Shown here: positions 1-11,539 of the stretch, piece after piece
Position numbering within the stretch: position 1 is the first letter of the stretch
Layout: each line of letters starts with the position of its first letter
Source: Deltaproteobacteria bacterium
GTDB lineage: Bacteria; Myxococcota_A; Polyangia; Fen-1088
Length of the DNA stretch: 64,000 bases
NCBI GenBank assembly: GCA_033763315.1
Contig: JANRKS010000032.1
Location: 64,001 to 128,000 of the forward strand
Reading direction: 5' to 3'
Program-made: the position numbers and the translations under genes
Notes under the pieces: generated by a model
Seen by the model: only the letters and a program-made list of their open reading frames with translations
Told to the model about the DNA's origin: nothing
Databases searched by the model: none

Positions 1-2
1 TC

Positions 3-944
3 CAAGGGCAGCTTGGCAACGGCGGCCGCGTGGCGCGTGCCGTGGCTGTGCCAGTCCCTTTCGTTGGCATGCCTACGCATGTGGCCGCGGGCGGCGCCAA
101 CACTTGTGTGATCGACGCCGCCGGCGGCTTGTGGTGCTGGGGCAGCAACGATCACTTGCAAGTGGCGGGCGCCGAAGTGGCGTCGCAAGCACGGCCTGTG
201 GCGATCGGTCTACCTGCGCCGGCCAGCAAAGTGGTGTTGGGAGACGGGCACATTTGCGCCCTTGCGGGCGGATCGCTTTATTGCTGGGGGCAAGGCGATG
301 CGGGCGCGTTGGGCACTGGCACCTTTGTTGACGCCGGCACGCCCACGCTTGTCACGTTGCCGGCGGTGGCTGACGTGGCGGCTGCAGGTGGCAACACGTG
401 CGTTGTGTTGAACGATGGCAGCGTCCGGTGCTGGGGCGCAGGCGGCGCCGGAGTTTTGGGAACGATGGCACTCAATAATGCGGCGACGCCTGTGGTGGTG
501 TCTGGAGTCAGTGGCGCCAAGCGCATCGTGTTGGGCCGTGGCCGCGCGTGCACGATGGGCGACAAAGTTGTGTGTTGGGGAGGCGGAGTTGGCCCGGTTG
601 GCGCGGCAAAACCCGCAGAGCAGCCATCCCTGCAAGGCGCCAAAGCCATCGCCTTAGGATCGCATCATGGCTGCGCCCTGCTGGGCGACGACAAACCCGT
701 TTGTTGGGGCACCAACAGCAATGGTGAGTTGGGCGATGGATCCTTCGCCACCCGAACCACACCCACGCCCACCGTTGCGTTGCCTGACAAGGCCGCGGCC
801 CTCGCCGTGGGGGAAGCTTACTCATGCGTGCTTCTGCAGCGCGGGACTGTGCATTGCTTTGGCGCAAACGAATCGGGCCAACTGGGCAATGGCGTCGAAC
901 TGACGGAGCCCACGCCCGTATCAGCGGCGCTTAAGTGCCCATAA
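3..944 (+). CDS. RCC1/BLIP-II repeat beta-propeller protein (5'-partial, runs off the window)
   Basis: Repeated CWG-x-N-xx-G-[QE]-LG and HxCA motifs. The frame is open to the window edge (QGQLGNGG upstream of the listed start). Confidence 0.9.
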   Translation, partial: QGQLGNGGRVARAVAVPVPFVGMPTHVAAGGANTCVIDAAGGLWCWGSNDHLQVAGAEVASQARPVAIGLPAPASKVVLGDGHICALAGGSLYCWGQGDAGALGTGTFVDAGTPTLVTLPAVADVAAAGGNTCVVLNDGSVRCWGAGGAGVLGTMALNNAATPVVVSGVSGAKRIVLGRGRACTMGDKVVCWGGGVGPVGAAKPAEQPSLQGAKAIALGSHHGCALLGDDKPVCWGTNSNGELGDGSFATRTTPTPTVALPDKAAALAVGEAYSCVLLQRGTVHCFGANESGQLGNGVELTEPTPVSAALKCP

Positions 945-960
945 GTTCAGGTCGCGCACC

Positions 961-1533
961 TTACAAGGGCGCAAACACCTTCGATGCATCATCGAGCACC
1001 AACACCCAATCAGCGCCGAATCCTTCAGCGGGACACACAAAACGGTGCAACGAGACAGATGGCGCAAGGGTAATCGTTTCTTGCTGTTCAGATTGCCCCG
1101 TGCGCGGGTTCCACCAGGTGGCGCGCAGCTTGGGCGTACCAAGGGCGCTCACCTTCACCGAGAACGGACGCCCGTAAGGGCTGTACAAAAGCGCGAAGCC
1201 ATCACCGCGCGCCGCCACCAGATGATCAGCACCTTCAAGTGGATCGTCCAATAGGTCCGGGGCCGGCGTAAAGCCTGGGCGTGCTTGAACCAGCTTTCGC
1301 AGATGCTGCATTTGTGTGGCACCCGGGCGCTGCAGAGCCGCTTGCCAGGGCATGGTGGGAAAATTGATCCTCTCTTTGCTGGGTGACCAGAATTGCCAGA
1401 TGGCGTGGTGACCATAGACGTGACCGGCAGCGCCGGAGAACACGTCCCAATAGGCACGTTGTCTCACGTCGGCATCCGTCGAGTAGCCCCATTCCTTGGC
1501 GTTAAATTCAAGCGGGTGATTTGGGCCTCCCAT
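961..1533 (-). pseudogene. C-terminal fragment of a DUF4038/GH140 (apiosidase-like) protein with putative collagen-binding C-terminal domain; N-terminal half missing
   Basis: DVRQRAYWDVFSGAAGHVYGHHAIWQF, WWNPRTG and DWVLVL are typical of the C-terminal half of this family. Only 190 aa, with an in-frame TAG immediately upstream of the ATG. Confidence 0.65.
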
Positions 1534-1677
1534 CTACAATCAGCCCGTTCTACATCAAAAACGCCCATCAGCTGTGCACGCAAATGGATCCGCGATCACC
1601 CTGCTTCAAAAGGGCATGCCTAGCTTCGCAAATTCATCCCCACGTTTGCACATCCTGATCGATAGTGGCTGCCTTCC

Positions 1678-2154
1678 ATGCTGAACAACGACGTCCTTAG
1701 AAGCCTTCGGTATCTCCTGCATGTGGGGGACCGTGTGATCGTCGAGATCTTTGAACTGGCCGGTTGCCAGGTAAGCCACGACGACGTGGTGGCGTTCCTG
1801 AAGAAGGACGATGAGGCTGGATACATCGAGTGTCGCGATGAGCTGTTGGCGCACTTTCTTAACGGCTTGATCATGTACAAGCGCGGTAAGGATCCAACCC
1901 GCCCGCCGCCGGCAATTGAGCTGCCGATCACAAACAACGTGGTGCTGAAGAAGGTGCGCGTGGCCTTTGCATTGAAGGACACCGACATCATCGATCTCAT
2001 CGCGAAGGCCGGGCTTGTGGTCACCAAAGCGGAGCTGGGCGCGTTTTTTCGCCTGCCCAGCCACCGGAACTACCGGGACTGTGGGGATCAATTCCTCAGA
2101 TATTTGTTCAAAGGCATCGCCGCCGCGCCCCCACGTCCTTCAGCCGCTTCTTGA
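1678..2154 (+). CDS. yehS: DUF1456 (YehS) family protein
   Basis: MxNNDVLRSLRY...FLNGLI...TNNVVLKKVRVAF...YRDCGDQFLR, the duplicated YehS pattern. Confidence 0.9.
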   Translation: MLNNDVLRSLRYLLHVGDRVIVEIFELAGCQVSHDDVVAFLKKDDEAGYIECRDELLAHFLNGLIMYKRGKDPTRPPPAIELPITNNVVLKKVRVAFALKDTDIIDLIAKAGLVVTKAELGAFFRLPSHRNYRDCGDQFLRYLFKGIAAAPPRPSAAS

Positions 2155-2163
2155 ACCAATCCT

Positions 2164-2898
2164 TTATCCAAGCAGCGCCAACAGCTTGCCCAGTAAGAAA
2201 TCGCTCTGCAGGCTTGGATCCAACGCGCACGCTCTAACATGGGCGGGCTCAGTTGCAATGGTGATGAGGCCAGCCCCGCCTGCCACCCGTCGCAGCGACG
2301 TGGCGTCGCGCGGGGCCACAGAGGCGAAGGTGTTGAAGTAATCCAAATCAATGTCGAAGATGTACGGCTCATCGAGCAGCGGCACCTCCGAACACTCGGT
2401 CAACGCGCTTGAAAAGCTCGCGATCACCGCATCAAGAAAATCCGATTCGAGCACCTTATCGCAGTCTTCTCGTGACACGTCGTAGGAGTGCAGATTCTTG
2501 CTGACGGCACGGCACATGATCTTGTGATCGTGATACGTGCGCTGGTCGGTGTCCTTGGCGTTGTGGGCCACGACGAAAGCCGCGGCGATGATGTCACACG
2601 CAATCGCGGCCACGATGTGTTCGTCGTTGCCCAATCGGTCGATTGCGGTTGTCACACTGGCGGGCTGGCGATGGTCGATCTCTGACAGCCATTTCGCTCG
2701 CAAACGATCATGCTCGGCCGCTGGATAGGCGTCGCGCAAGTGGTTGCGAAACGGGCGGCTGGTGTCGGTGTGATGATCAAGCGTGATGAGCCTCGGCGCG
2801 CGCCCGAGCGTCGATCGGTATTGCGACCATGCCAGCAACGCCTCATGGTGGGCTTCAACAACAACAACGGGGGGCTTGGCGATCACCGCTGCACGCAA
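2164..2898 (-). CDS. UPF0489 family protein (arginase/deacetylase-like fold)
   Basis: VEAHHEAL, LDHHTD and FDIDLDYF motifs. Start uncertain (GTG at 2886 possible). Confidence 0.75.
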   Translation of the reverse strand: MRAAVIAKPPVVVVEAHHEALLAWSQYRSTLGRAPRLITLDHHTDTSRPFRNHLRDAYPAAEHDRLRAKWLSEIDHRQPASVTTAIDRLGNDEHIVAAIACDIIAAAFVVAHNAKDTDQRTYHDHKIMCRAVSKNLHSYDVSREDCDKVLESDFLDAVIASFSSALTECSEVPLLDEPYIFDIDLDYFNTFASVAPRDATSLRRVAGGAGLITIATEPAHVRACALDPSLQSDFLLGKLLALLG

Positions 2899-2917
2899 TC
2901 CACGGCAAACGCAAACG

Positions 2918-3715
2918 TCACGGCTGGTTTAAAGCCGCAGCAATTCGGTGCACAACCGACCGCGGCAAGAATCGAATCGCTTGAACGCCCAGCCAATTCA
3001 TGAACCCATGAATGGCGATCCCTTTTCCCTGCATCATGGCTTTGTAGGCGTGGGCCGCGACCGCGTCCGCTTTCGCAACACCGGGGCGTTGAAACAGCTT
3101 TGATTTGTTGTTGCCTGCGCGGCCGGCAAACTCGGTGGCCGTGGCACCTGGGCAGTGGCACGTGACTGTCACGCCGTGGGGCCGCAGTTCGTAAGCCAGC
3201 GCCTCCGAGAACGAAAGCACAAAAGCCTTGCTCGCGTAGTACGTGGCCATATAAGGCCCGGCCTGAAACGCCGCGGTCGAAGCGATGTTCAGGATGCGCC
3301 CGTGGCCGCGCTTGCGCATGGCCTCGCCGAAGCGATGTGTGAGCTCCAAAAGCGTCACGCAGTTAAGCTCCACCATCTCAACTTCAGCGGCCGCGGGCAA
3401 ATCAAAGAACGCGCCTGCGCTGCCGAATCCTGCGTTGTTCACCAGGCACTCGATGGTGAGGCCCAACGCCTGCACGCGGTCCCAAACGCGTCCTGCCGCT
3501 GCCGGTTTTGCCAGGTCTTCCGCAACCACGTGCGCGTTGATTTTATGGGCGCCGCGCAACCGCTCTGCCAGCGCTTCCAGGCGGCCCACATTGCGAGCCA
3601 CCAACACGACGTCATAGCCATCGTGCGCGAACAATCGCGCGAACTCGGCGCCGAGGCCCGTGGAGGCCCCGGTGATCAAAGCGACCGGCTTCTTATCCAT
3701 CGACATCGTTTGCAC
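2918..3715 (-). CDS. Short-chain dehydrogenase/reductase
   Basis: TGASTGLG, NNAG and YYASK (YxxxK) motifs. Confidence 0.95.
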   Translation of the reverse strand: MQTMSMDKKPVALITGASTGLGAEFARLFAHDGYDVVLVARNVGRLEALAERLRGAHKINAHVVAEDLAKPAAAGRVWDRVQALGLTIECLVNNAGFGSAGAFFDLPAAAEVEMVELNCVTLLELTHRFGEAMRKRGHGRILNIASTAAFQAGPYMATYYASKAFVLSFSEALAYELRPHGVTVTCHCPGATATEFAGRAGNNKSKLFQRPGVAKADAVAAHAYKAMMQGKGIAIHGFMNWLGVQAIRFLPRSVVHRIAAALNQP

Positions 3716-3742
3716 CGTGCGACGCTGTCAATGGAGCGTGGC

Positions 3743-4515
3743 TCAGTCGCCGCCCTTGCTCACCGAGGCAGAGCGCTTCTTGAGCGACGCCTTGAGCAGC
3801 GTTGCGTTCATCTGCGGAATCACTTCGTAGGGGATGCTCTTCGGGCACGCGTCTGAACATTCACCCGTATTCGTGCATCCGCCGAAGCCTTCGGTTTCCA
3901 TTTGGCCCACCATGCCCAGCACGCGTGACAACGCCTCAGGCTGGCCTTGTGGCAGCAGATTGAGGTGCGCGATTTTGGCGGCTGTGAACAACATTGCCGA
4001 GCTGTTGGGGCATGCCGCCACGCAGGCGCCACAGCTGATGCAGGCGGCCGCGTCCATCGCGCGATCGGCGTTTTCTTTGGGCACCGGGATGGTGTTTGCG
4101 TCCACCGTGCCACCCGTGCGCACCGAGATGTAACCACCGGCGGCAATGATGCGGTCAAACGCGGTGCGATCCACAACCAAGTCTCGCAAAACAGGGAAGG
4201 GCGCCGCGCGCCACGGCTCGATCGTGATGCTGTCGCCGTCTTTGTATGAGCGCATGTGCAGCTGGCACGCGGTGGTGTTGTGCTGCGGGCCGTGGGGCCG
4301 GCCGTTGATCATCAAGCTGCAGCTGCCGCAGATGCCTTCGCGACAGTCGTGGTCAAAAGCGATTGGCTCTTTGCCCTTGGCTTGTAGATCCTCGTTCACC
4401 ACGTCCAACATTTCCAAGAAGGACATGTCGGGGCTGACGTGCGGTGCTTCGAGGGTCTCGAATCCGCCCGCGTCTTTGGAGTTCTTTTGTCGCCAGATGC
4501 GCAGGTTGAGTTTCA

Positions 4516-4516
<1 letters not shown>
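3743..4516 (-). CDS. sdhB: Succinate dehydrogenase/fumarate reductase iron-sulfur subunit
   Basis: [10 protein letters not shown] (2Fe-2S), [12 protein letters not shown] and [15 protein letters not shown] at 4516 overlaps the sdhA stop (TAATG). Confidence 0.97.
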
Positions 4517-6429
<1,913 letters not shown>

Positions 6430-6432
6430 GGC

Positions 6433-7101
6433 TTACTGGCCTCCCACGAGCTTGAAGAACACCGCGATGGGCACCAGGGCGAAGCCGCCGGCCACAACCA
6501 CAGTGGCCACGAAGGCAACCTCTTTGATGATGTTGAGGTAGCGCGGGTGGCTGACGCCCAAGGTGGCGAACATGCTCCACGCGCCGTGTGCCATGTGCAG
6601 GCCCACAAGCGCGGCCGCCAACACGTAGAATAAGAACACCCACGAAACGGTGAATCCGTTGACCATGTTGTTGTACGGGTCGCCCTCAATAAAGGGCTTC
6701 GGCACAACGTTGTAGCCCAGCGTCAGGTGCGCCAAGTGAAACAACAAGAACAGCAACAAGACGGGGCCCGAGAACATCATCGTTCGGGCGGCATAGCTTG
6801 AAACCTGCCGTTTATAGTTGCCGTACGACACGGGCCGCGCCTGCCGGTTGCGGGCGTTCAGTTGCACCGCCATGGCGATGTGCACTGGAAACGCCAGCAG
6901 TAGGACGATGCGAACGCCCCACAGCAGAAGGGGCGTGCTGTGAAGCAACGCCGCGTATTTGTTTATGACCTCAGCCCCCAGAAAAATCTGGAGGTTGCCG
7001 ATCATATGAACCACCAGGTAGCCGAAAATTGCGGCACCTGTGACTGCCATTAGGACCTTCTTACCAATCGTCGATTGATAGAGAGTCACGACCCTCTGCA
7101 T
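6433..7101 (-). CDS. sdhC: Succinate dehydrogenase cytochrome b558 subunit
   Basis: STIGKKVLMAVTG start, about five TM helices with His ligands, first gene of the sdhCAB operon. Confidence 0.93.
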   Translation of the reverse strand: MQRVVTLYQSTIGKKVLMAVTGAAIFGYLVVHMIGNLQIFLGAEVINKYAALLHSTPLLLWGVRIVLLLAFPVHIAMAVQLNARNRQARPVSYGNYKRQVSSYAARTMMFSGPVLLLFLLFHLAHLTLGYNVVPKPFIEGDPYNNMVNGFTVSWVFLFYVLAAALVGLHMAHGAWSMFATLGVSHPRYLNIIKEVAFVATVVVAGGFALVPIAVFFKLVGGQ

Positions 7102-7203
7102 GGGCGCTACTCATATCAGACGCGGGCTGTACTTGCGACAATACGGCGCCCGCAAATCCTGCAGTTTTTTGCGGGGCCCAGCGGGCCACCACAAAACGTG
7201 GGG

Positions 7204-7581
7204 CTATTCGTCGGCTTTGGCCGATTTGCCCGCCTTGGCCTTGGCCTTCTTGGCGGCATCAGCATCAGCTTCAGCCCGCGCGGCCTCTGCCTCGGCTTCG
7301 GCAGCGGCGGCGCGGCTTTCAAGCACGGCCACCTGATCTTCCAAATTCTGGATGGTGCCGCGCAATCCGCTGACCTCGTCTTGCGTGGCCAACCCAAACA
7401 CCCCGCCGGCAACCTTGCCACATTGATCCAGCTTCTCTTTGACGGTGCCGCCAAGGCTCATGGCCTTCATGGCCGCGTTCATCAAGCGCGGATCGGTCAT
7501 CAAACGCGTCACTTGGGGGCTGCCGGCCAGCTTCATGGCTTGGCCCAGCACAGTGTCTTTCACAGAGTTTAAGAGCGACAT
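7204..7581 (-). CDS. Hypothetical phasin-like coiled-coil protein with Ala/Lys-rich tail
   Basis: GLATQDEVSGLRGTIQNLE resembles the phasin/PhaF-type motif. AK-rich C-terminus. Confidence 0.55.
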   Translation of the reverse strand: MSLLNSVKDTVLGQAMKLAGSPQVTRLMTDPRLMNAAMKAMSLGGTVKEKLDQCGKVAGGVFGLATQDEVSGLRGTIQNLEDQVAVLESRAAAAEAEAEAARAEADADAAKKAKAKAGKSAKADE

Positions 7582-7688
7582 CTTGGGCGTGTTTTCCCAT
7601 GCCCCATGGCCCGGGTCAACGCGGCCGCGCATACTCGCTACACAATGTCGGGCCCTTCTTAATAGAGCGGGGGCCACCAAGGAACGGC

Positions 7689-8711
7689 GTGACGCAGGCG
7701 GACAATCAACTCATCGATCCTGACGGGCGGAACATCCACTACTTGCGGGTGTCGGTGACCGACCGGTGCAACTACCGCTGCACCTACTGCATGCCTGAAG
7801 ACGGGGTGGACCACACGGCCCGCGCCGACGTGCTTTCGTTCGAAGAGATCACGGCCCTTGTGAGCGCGTTCGCCGGCCTCGGGGTGAGGCGGGTGCGTCT
7901 GACGGGCGGCGAGCCCACCGTGCGCAAGGATCTGGTCACGCTGGCCGGGATGCTTGCGGCGTTGCCTGGCATCGAAGATTTGGCGCTGTCGACGAACGGC
8001 CACCGTTTGGCGGAGCTCGCGGCGCCGTTGCGCGCGGCTGGTGTTACGCGGCTCAATGTGAGCCTCGATAGCTTGCGGCCCGAACGGTTCGCGAAGATTA
8101 CGCGGCGGGGGCAGGTGGCCGATGTGCTGGCGGGTTTGGCTGCGGCGAAAGCCGTGGGATTTGCCAGCATCAAATTAAACGCGGTGGCCATCAAAGGCTT
8201 CAACGACGACGAAGTGGCGGCCTTATGCACGTTTGCGTGGCAGCACGGTTTTGTCCCGCGTTTCATTGAACAGATGCCGATGATGGAAGGCGCGCTGTTT
8301 GTGCCGGGGCAGCTGATGTCGGCCGCGGATGTCCGGGCGGCGTTGCTTGCCGACTTCCCTGGCGCCGCGCTCGTGCCCGAGCCCGAAGCGCGTTTGGGGG
8401 CCGGCCCCGCCCGCTATTGGCGCCTTGAAGGCGGCAACCACGATGGGATCTGCAGGCTTGGTTTGATCACTCCCATCACCGAACATTTTTGCGACACCTG
8501 CAACCGCGTGCGCCTGTCGTCCTCGGGCAGCTTGCACACGTGTTTGGCGCACGACAACGCGGTGGATCTGCGGCGTGCCCTTCATGACGGCGGCAGCGCA
8601 GCGGTGCAGGCCGCGATCCTCGCGGCCCTTGCGCTAAAGCCCCCGAGCCACTTGTTTACCTTGGGCGCCAAAGGCGGGCCGCGCAAAAGCATGGTGCAGA
8701 TCGGCGGTTGA
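7689..8711 (+). CDS. moaA: GTP 3',8-cyclase (molybdenum cofactor biosynthesis)
   Basis: YLRVSVTDRCNYRCTYCMP radical-SAM motif, FCDTCNRVRL and C-terminal IGG. GTG start with AAGGA upstream. Confidence 0.96.
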   Translation: MTQADNQLIDPDGRNIHYLRVSVTDRCNYRCTYCMPEDGVDHTARADVLSFEEITALVSAFAGLGVRRVRLTGGEPTVRKDLVTLAGMLAALPGIEDLALSTNGHRLAELAAPLRAAGVTRLNVSLDSLRPERFAKITRRGQVADVLAGLAAAKAVGFASIKLNAVAIKGFNDDEVAALCTFAWQHGFVPRFIEQMPMMEGALFVPGQLMSAADVRAALLADFPGAALVPEPEARLGAGPARYWRLEGGNHDGICRLGLITPITEHFCDTCNRVRLSSSGSLHTCLAHDNAVDLRRALHDGGSAAVQAAILAALALKPPSHLFTLGAKGGPRKSMVQIGG

Positions 8712-8811
8712 TGTGCGTAAGCACCCGGTCAATGGCAAGGGTAGGGGATCGGTCAAGGGGCGTGCTACGATCCACCTCGTGTCCGAAACGTGCTTTGACA
8801 TTCTCAGCCGC

Positions 8812-8970
8812 ATGTTTGCTGCCGACGTAGACAAGGCGCTGTTGCGGCAAGGGGCAGCCAAGACACCCACGGAGCGGATCATTTGGCTTGAAGAGATGCA
8901 GGCCTTTGCTGAGGATGCCGAGAAAGCCCGAAAACATGCAGCTACGCGCCCTCCTAACCCTGCTCGTTGA
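8812..8970 (+). CDS. Small helical protein, putative antitoxin partner of the downstream nucleotidyltransferase
   Basis: 52 aa containing VDKALLRQGAAKTPTERIIWLEEM. Overlaps the next gene by 35 bp. Confidence 0.6.
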   Translation: MFAADVDKALLRQGAAKTPTERIIWLEEMQAFAEDAEKARKHAATRPPNPAR

Positions 8971-9400
8971 TCAGCAGGTTCGGTTCTCCGTCATCGGTGG
9001 CGTGGCGCTCATTGCCCGCGGCGTTCAACGATCAACCCAGGATCTCGACATTGCCTATGCGCGCGACCGTCAGAATCTGGCGAGGCTTGCCGCTGCCTTG
9101 CGGCCGCTGCACCCCAAGCTTCGCGGTGTGCCGGGCGAGTTGCCATTCGTGCTTGATGAGGCATCGCTGCGCAGCGGCTTGAATTTCACATTAGACACTG
9201 ATTTGGGCCCGCTGGACTTACTGGGTGAAGTGCCGGGGCTAGGCACGTTCGATGAAGTGGATGCCGTCAGCTCCGAGTTGGATATCGCGGGCACGCAAGT
9301 GACAGTGTTGACGATTGAAGGTCTCGTACGCGCCAAACGAGCCGCGGGGCGCCCAAAGGATTTGGTCGATCTAGGGTTCCTGCAGAGCCTCAAGGAGTGA
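8936..9400 (+). CDS. Nucleotidyltransferase (DUF6036/AbiEii-MenT-like superfamily)
   Basis: VIGGVA...RSTQDLD and C-terminal AKRAAGRPKDLVDL motifs. Confidence 0.8.
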   Translation: MQLRALLTLLVDQQVRFSVIGGVALIARGVQRSTQDLDIAYARDRQNLARLAAALRPLHPKLRGVPGELPFVLDEASLRSGLNFTLDTDLGPLDLLGEVPGLGTFDEVDAVSSELDIAGTQVTVLTIEGLVRAKRAAGRPKDLVDLGFLQSLKE

Positions 9401-10041
9401 CGGTGTCAAAGGGGGCAAAAAGAACGGTGCAAAGCCGCAGTGGCCGTGGTCCCAACCGTGGGGGGATCCGCTGGCTCACAAATTGCCTCGCCCTCGGAGT
9501 TCTAGCAACCCTGAGCAGCCCCGCCTTCGTATCTTGCGCCAGCAGCCCCAAGCAATCGCCACGCAAGGACGGGCGCCAAGCGAATGATGAACCTCCGCTC
9601 GGCCATGTTGATCGCGCAACCATCTCGGCTCTTCCGAAGTGGCAGGCGGCGGCATTGCACACGCAAGTTGATGAAAACGTGGCCCGCGCCCTTCGCACAG
9701 TGCCTGGAGGCGCGACGGTGCGTGTGTTCTTGGGCACCTGGTGCGGTGACAGCCGCCGTGAAGTCAGCCGGTTTTGGAAAGCGCTTGATGCAGCGGGAGA
9801 CTCCGTTCCGTTTGCGGCGGAATACGTGGCCGTGGGCCGCGACATGCAGGCGCCGGGGGAGCTGGCCGCCGGAGCGGACCTTCACTTCGTACCCACGTTC
9901 GTGGTCGTACGCGACGGGGATGAGATTGGCCGGGTCATCGAGTTGCCAGAATTTTCGATCGAACAAGATCTGCTGAGTTTGTTGCGCGGAGATCGCCGGG
10001 GCGTGCTCTCGGGTCGCCCCGATCTGGCGTCTCGTAACTGA
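9397..10041 (+). CDS. Thioredoxin-fold (lipo)protein with CxxS-type active site
   Basis: FLGTWCGDS and cis-Pro VPTF motifs. Hydrophobic segment ending FVSC. Start uncertain. Confidence 0.8.
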   Translation: MTVSKGAKRTVQSRSGRGPNRGGIRWLTNCLALGVLATLSSPAFVSCASSPKQSPRKDGRQANDEPPLGHVDRATISALPKWQAAALHTQVDENVARALRTVPGGATVRVFLGTWCGDSRREVSRFWKALDAAGDSVPFAAEYVAVGRDMQAPGELAAGADLHFVPTFVVVRDGDEIGRVIELPEFSIEQDLLSLLRGDRRGVLSGRPDLASRN

Positions 10042-10124
10042 GCGGCGCGCTTGTCGTAAGCGTATCAACGATCGCCTAAGCAGGATGCTTCGTGCGCCAC
10101 TTCGGTTAAGATGCGGCCCACCTC

Positions 10125-11531
10125 ATGGCGAAGAACCCTGCTCTTAAGACTCAGATTCAACGGCTGCGCGGCGCTTTTGAAGATCGTTTGGCACGGCTTG
10201 TAGAGATCCCTTCGGTCAGCATGGACCCAACCCGCAAGGCCGATATGGATCGCTGTGCGGAAGAAGCAGCCAGTTGTTTGCGAGAGGTGGGGGCGACGGT
10301 GGAAGTGGTGCCGACGGGCGGTTACCCGATCGTGGTGGGCAAGTTGATCCGCGATCCCGCGTTGCCCACCGTGACCGTTTACAACCATCTGGACGTGCAG
10401 CCCGCGGATCCTGCGGAATGGAACACGCCACCATTTAAGTTCACGCGCAAAGGCTCGCGCTATTTCGCCCGCGGCTCCACGGATGACAAAGGCCCGGCGT
10501 TGGCCGCTCTGTTCGGCGCGCAACTGGCGGTGGCCGACAACGTGGGCCTAAACATTCAGTTTCTGTGGGAGCTTGAAGAAGAGATCGGCAGCCCCAACTT
10601 TGATCGCGGCATGGCCAAGCTGACGAAGGCAGGCTTCGCCACGGATTCGGTGGTGGTGTCCGATACGATCTGGATCGCCGCCGGTCGGCCCGCCATTGCT
10701 TATGGCCTGCGCGGTCTGTTGAAGTTCACGGTGCGGCTCAAAACAGGCGTCAAAGATGTGCATTCAGGCACGACGGGTGGCGCGGCTCGCAACCCCGTGG
10801 GCGAATTGGCCCAACTCATTAGCGAGTGTTACGACGCCCGCAGCGGCCGCGTGAAAATCCCGGGCTTTTACAACGATGTCAAACGCCTCAGCGCCAGCGA
10901 AAAGGCAAGCTTTGCCAAAGCGGGCTTCTCGCGCAAACGCTTTGCGGCGGCCCACGAATTGCTCAGCTTGCGGTTTCGCAGCGACGCCGAAGTCATGGAA
11001 TCGTTGATGGCGTTGCCCACGTTTGAAGTGCACGGCATCAACGGTGGTTATGCGGGCCCTGGCATCAAGACGATCGTGCCGCACATCGCGGAAGCGAAGC
11101 TGTCGACACGTTTGGTGCCGAACCAAAAGCCCGAAAAAGTCTTCGCGTTGATCAAGCGTTTCATCAAACAGCGCTGCCCCGACGCCGAGGTCATTCAAGA
11201 AGGTGTGCTTGAACCGTTCTTGAGCGAATTGGGCGGGCCTCATCAAGCGGCCGCGGCGCGGGCGATGAAAAGCGCGTTTGGCAAAGAGCCGGCATTTACA
11301 CGCGAAGGCGGATCCATCGGCGCTGTGTTGACGATGCAGAAGCGCTTGGCGGCGCCGATCGTGTTCGCAGGCTTATCGTTGCCCGAACACGGCTACCACG
11401 CCATCAACGAGAACTTCGATTGGCAGCAAGGGGGCGGCGGCATGGAAATGTTCTACCGCTACTTCTTCGAATTGGCGGCGCTCGGCAAGCGCGGCAAAAA
11501 GGTGGGCGGGCGTAAGACGTCCAAACGCTGA
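10125..11531 (+). CDS. M20 family metallopeptidase/dipeptidase
   Basis: YNHLDVQP, RGSTDDKG, EEEIGS and HAINE metal ligands. Confidence 0.93.
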   Translation: MAKNPALKTQIQRLRGAFEDRLARLVEIPSVSMDPTRKADMDRCAEEAASCLREVGATVEVVPTGGYPIVVGKLIRDPALPTVTVYNHLDVQPADPAEWNTPPFKFTRKGSRYFARGSTDDKGPALAALFGAQLAVADNVGLNIQFLWELEEEIGSPNFDRGMAKLTKAGFATDSVVVSDTIWIAAGRPAIAYGLRGLLKFTVRLKTGVKDVHSGTTGGAARNPVGELAQLISECYDARSGRVKIPGFYNDVKRLSASEKASFAKAGFSRKRFAAAHELLSLRFRSDAEVMESLMALPTFEVHGINGGYAGPGIKTIVPHIAEAKLSTRLVPNQKPEKVFALIKRFIKQRCPDAEVIQEGVLEPFLSELGGPHQAAAARAMKSAFGKEPAFTREGGSIGAVLTMQKRLAAPIVFAGLSLPEHGYHAINENFDWQQGGGGMEMFYRYFFELAALGKRGKKVGGRKTSKR

Positions 11532-11539
11532 GGCCCATC

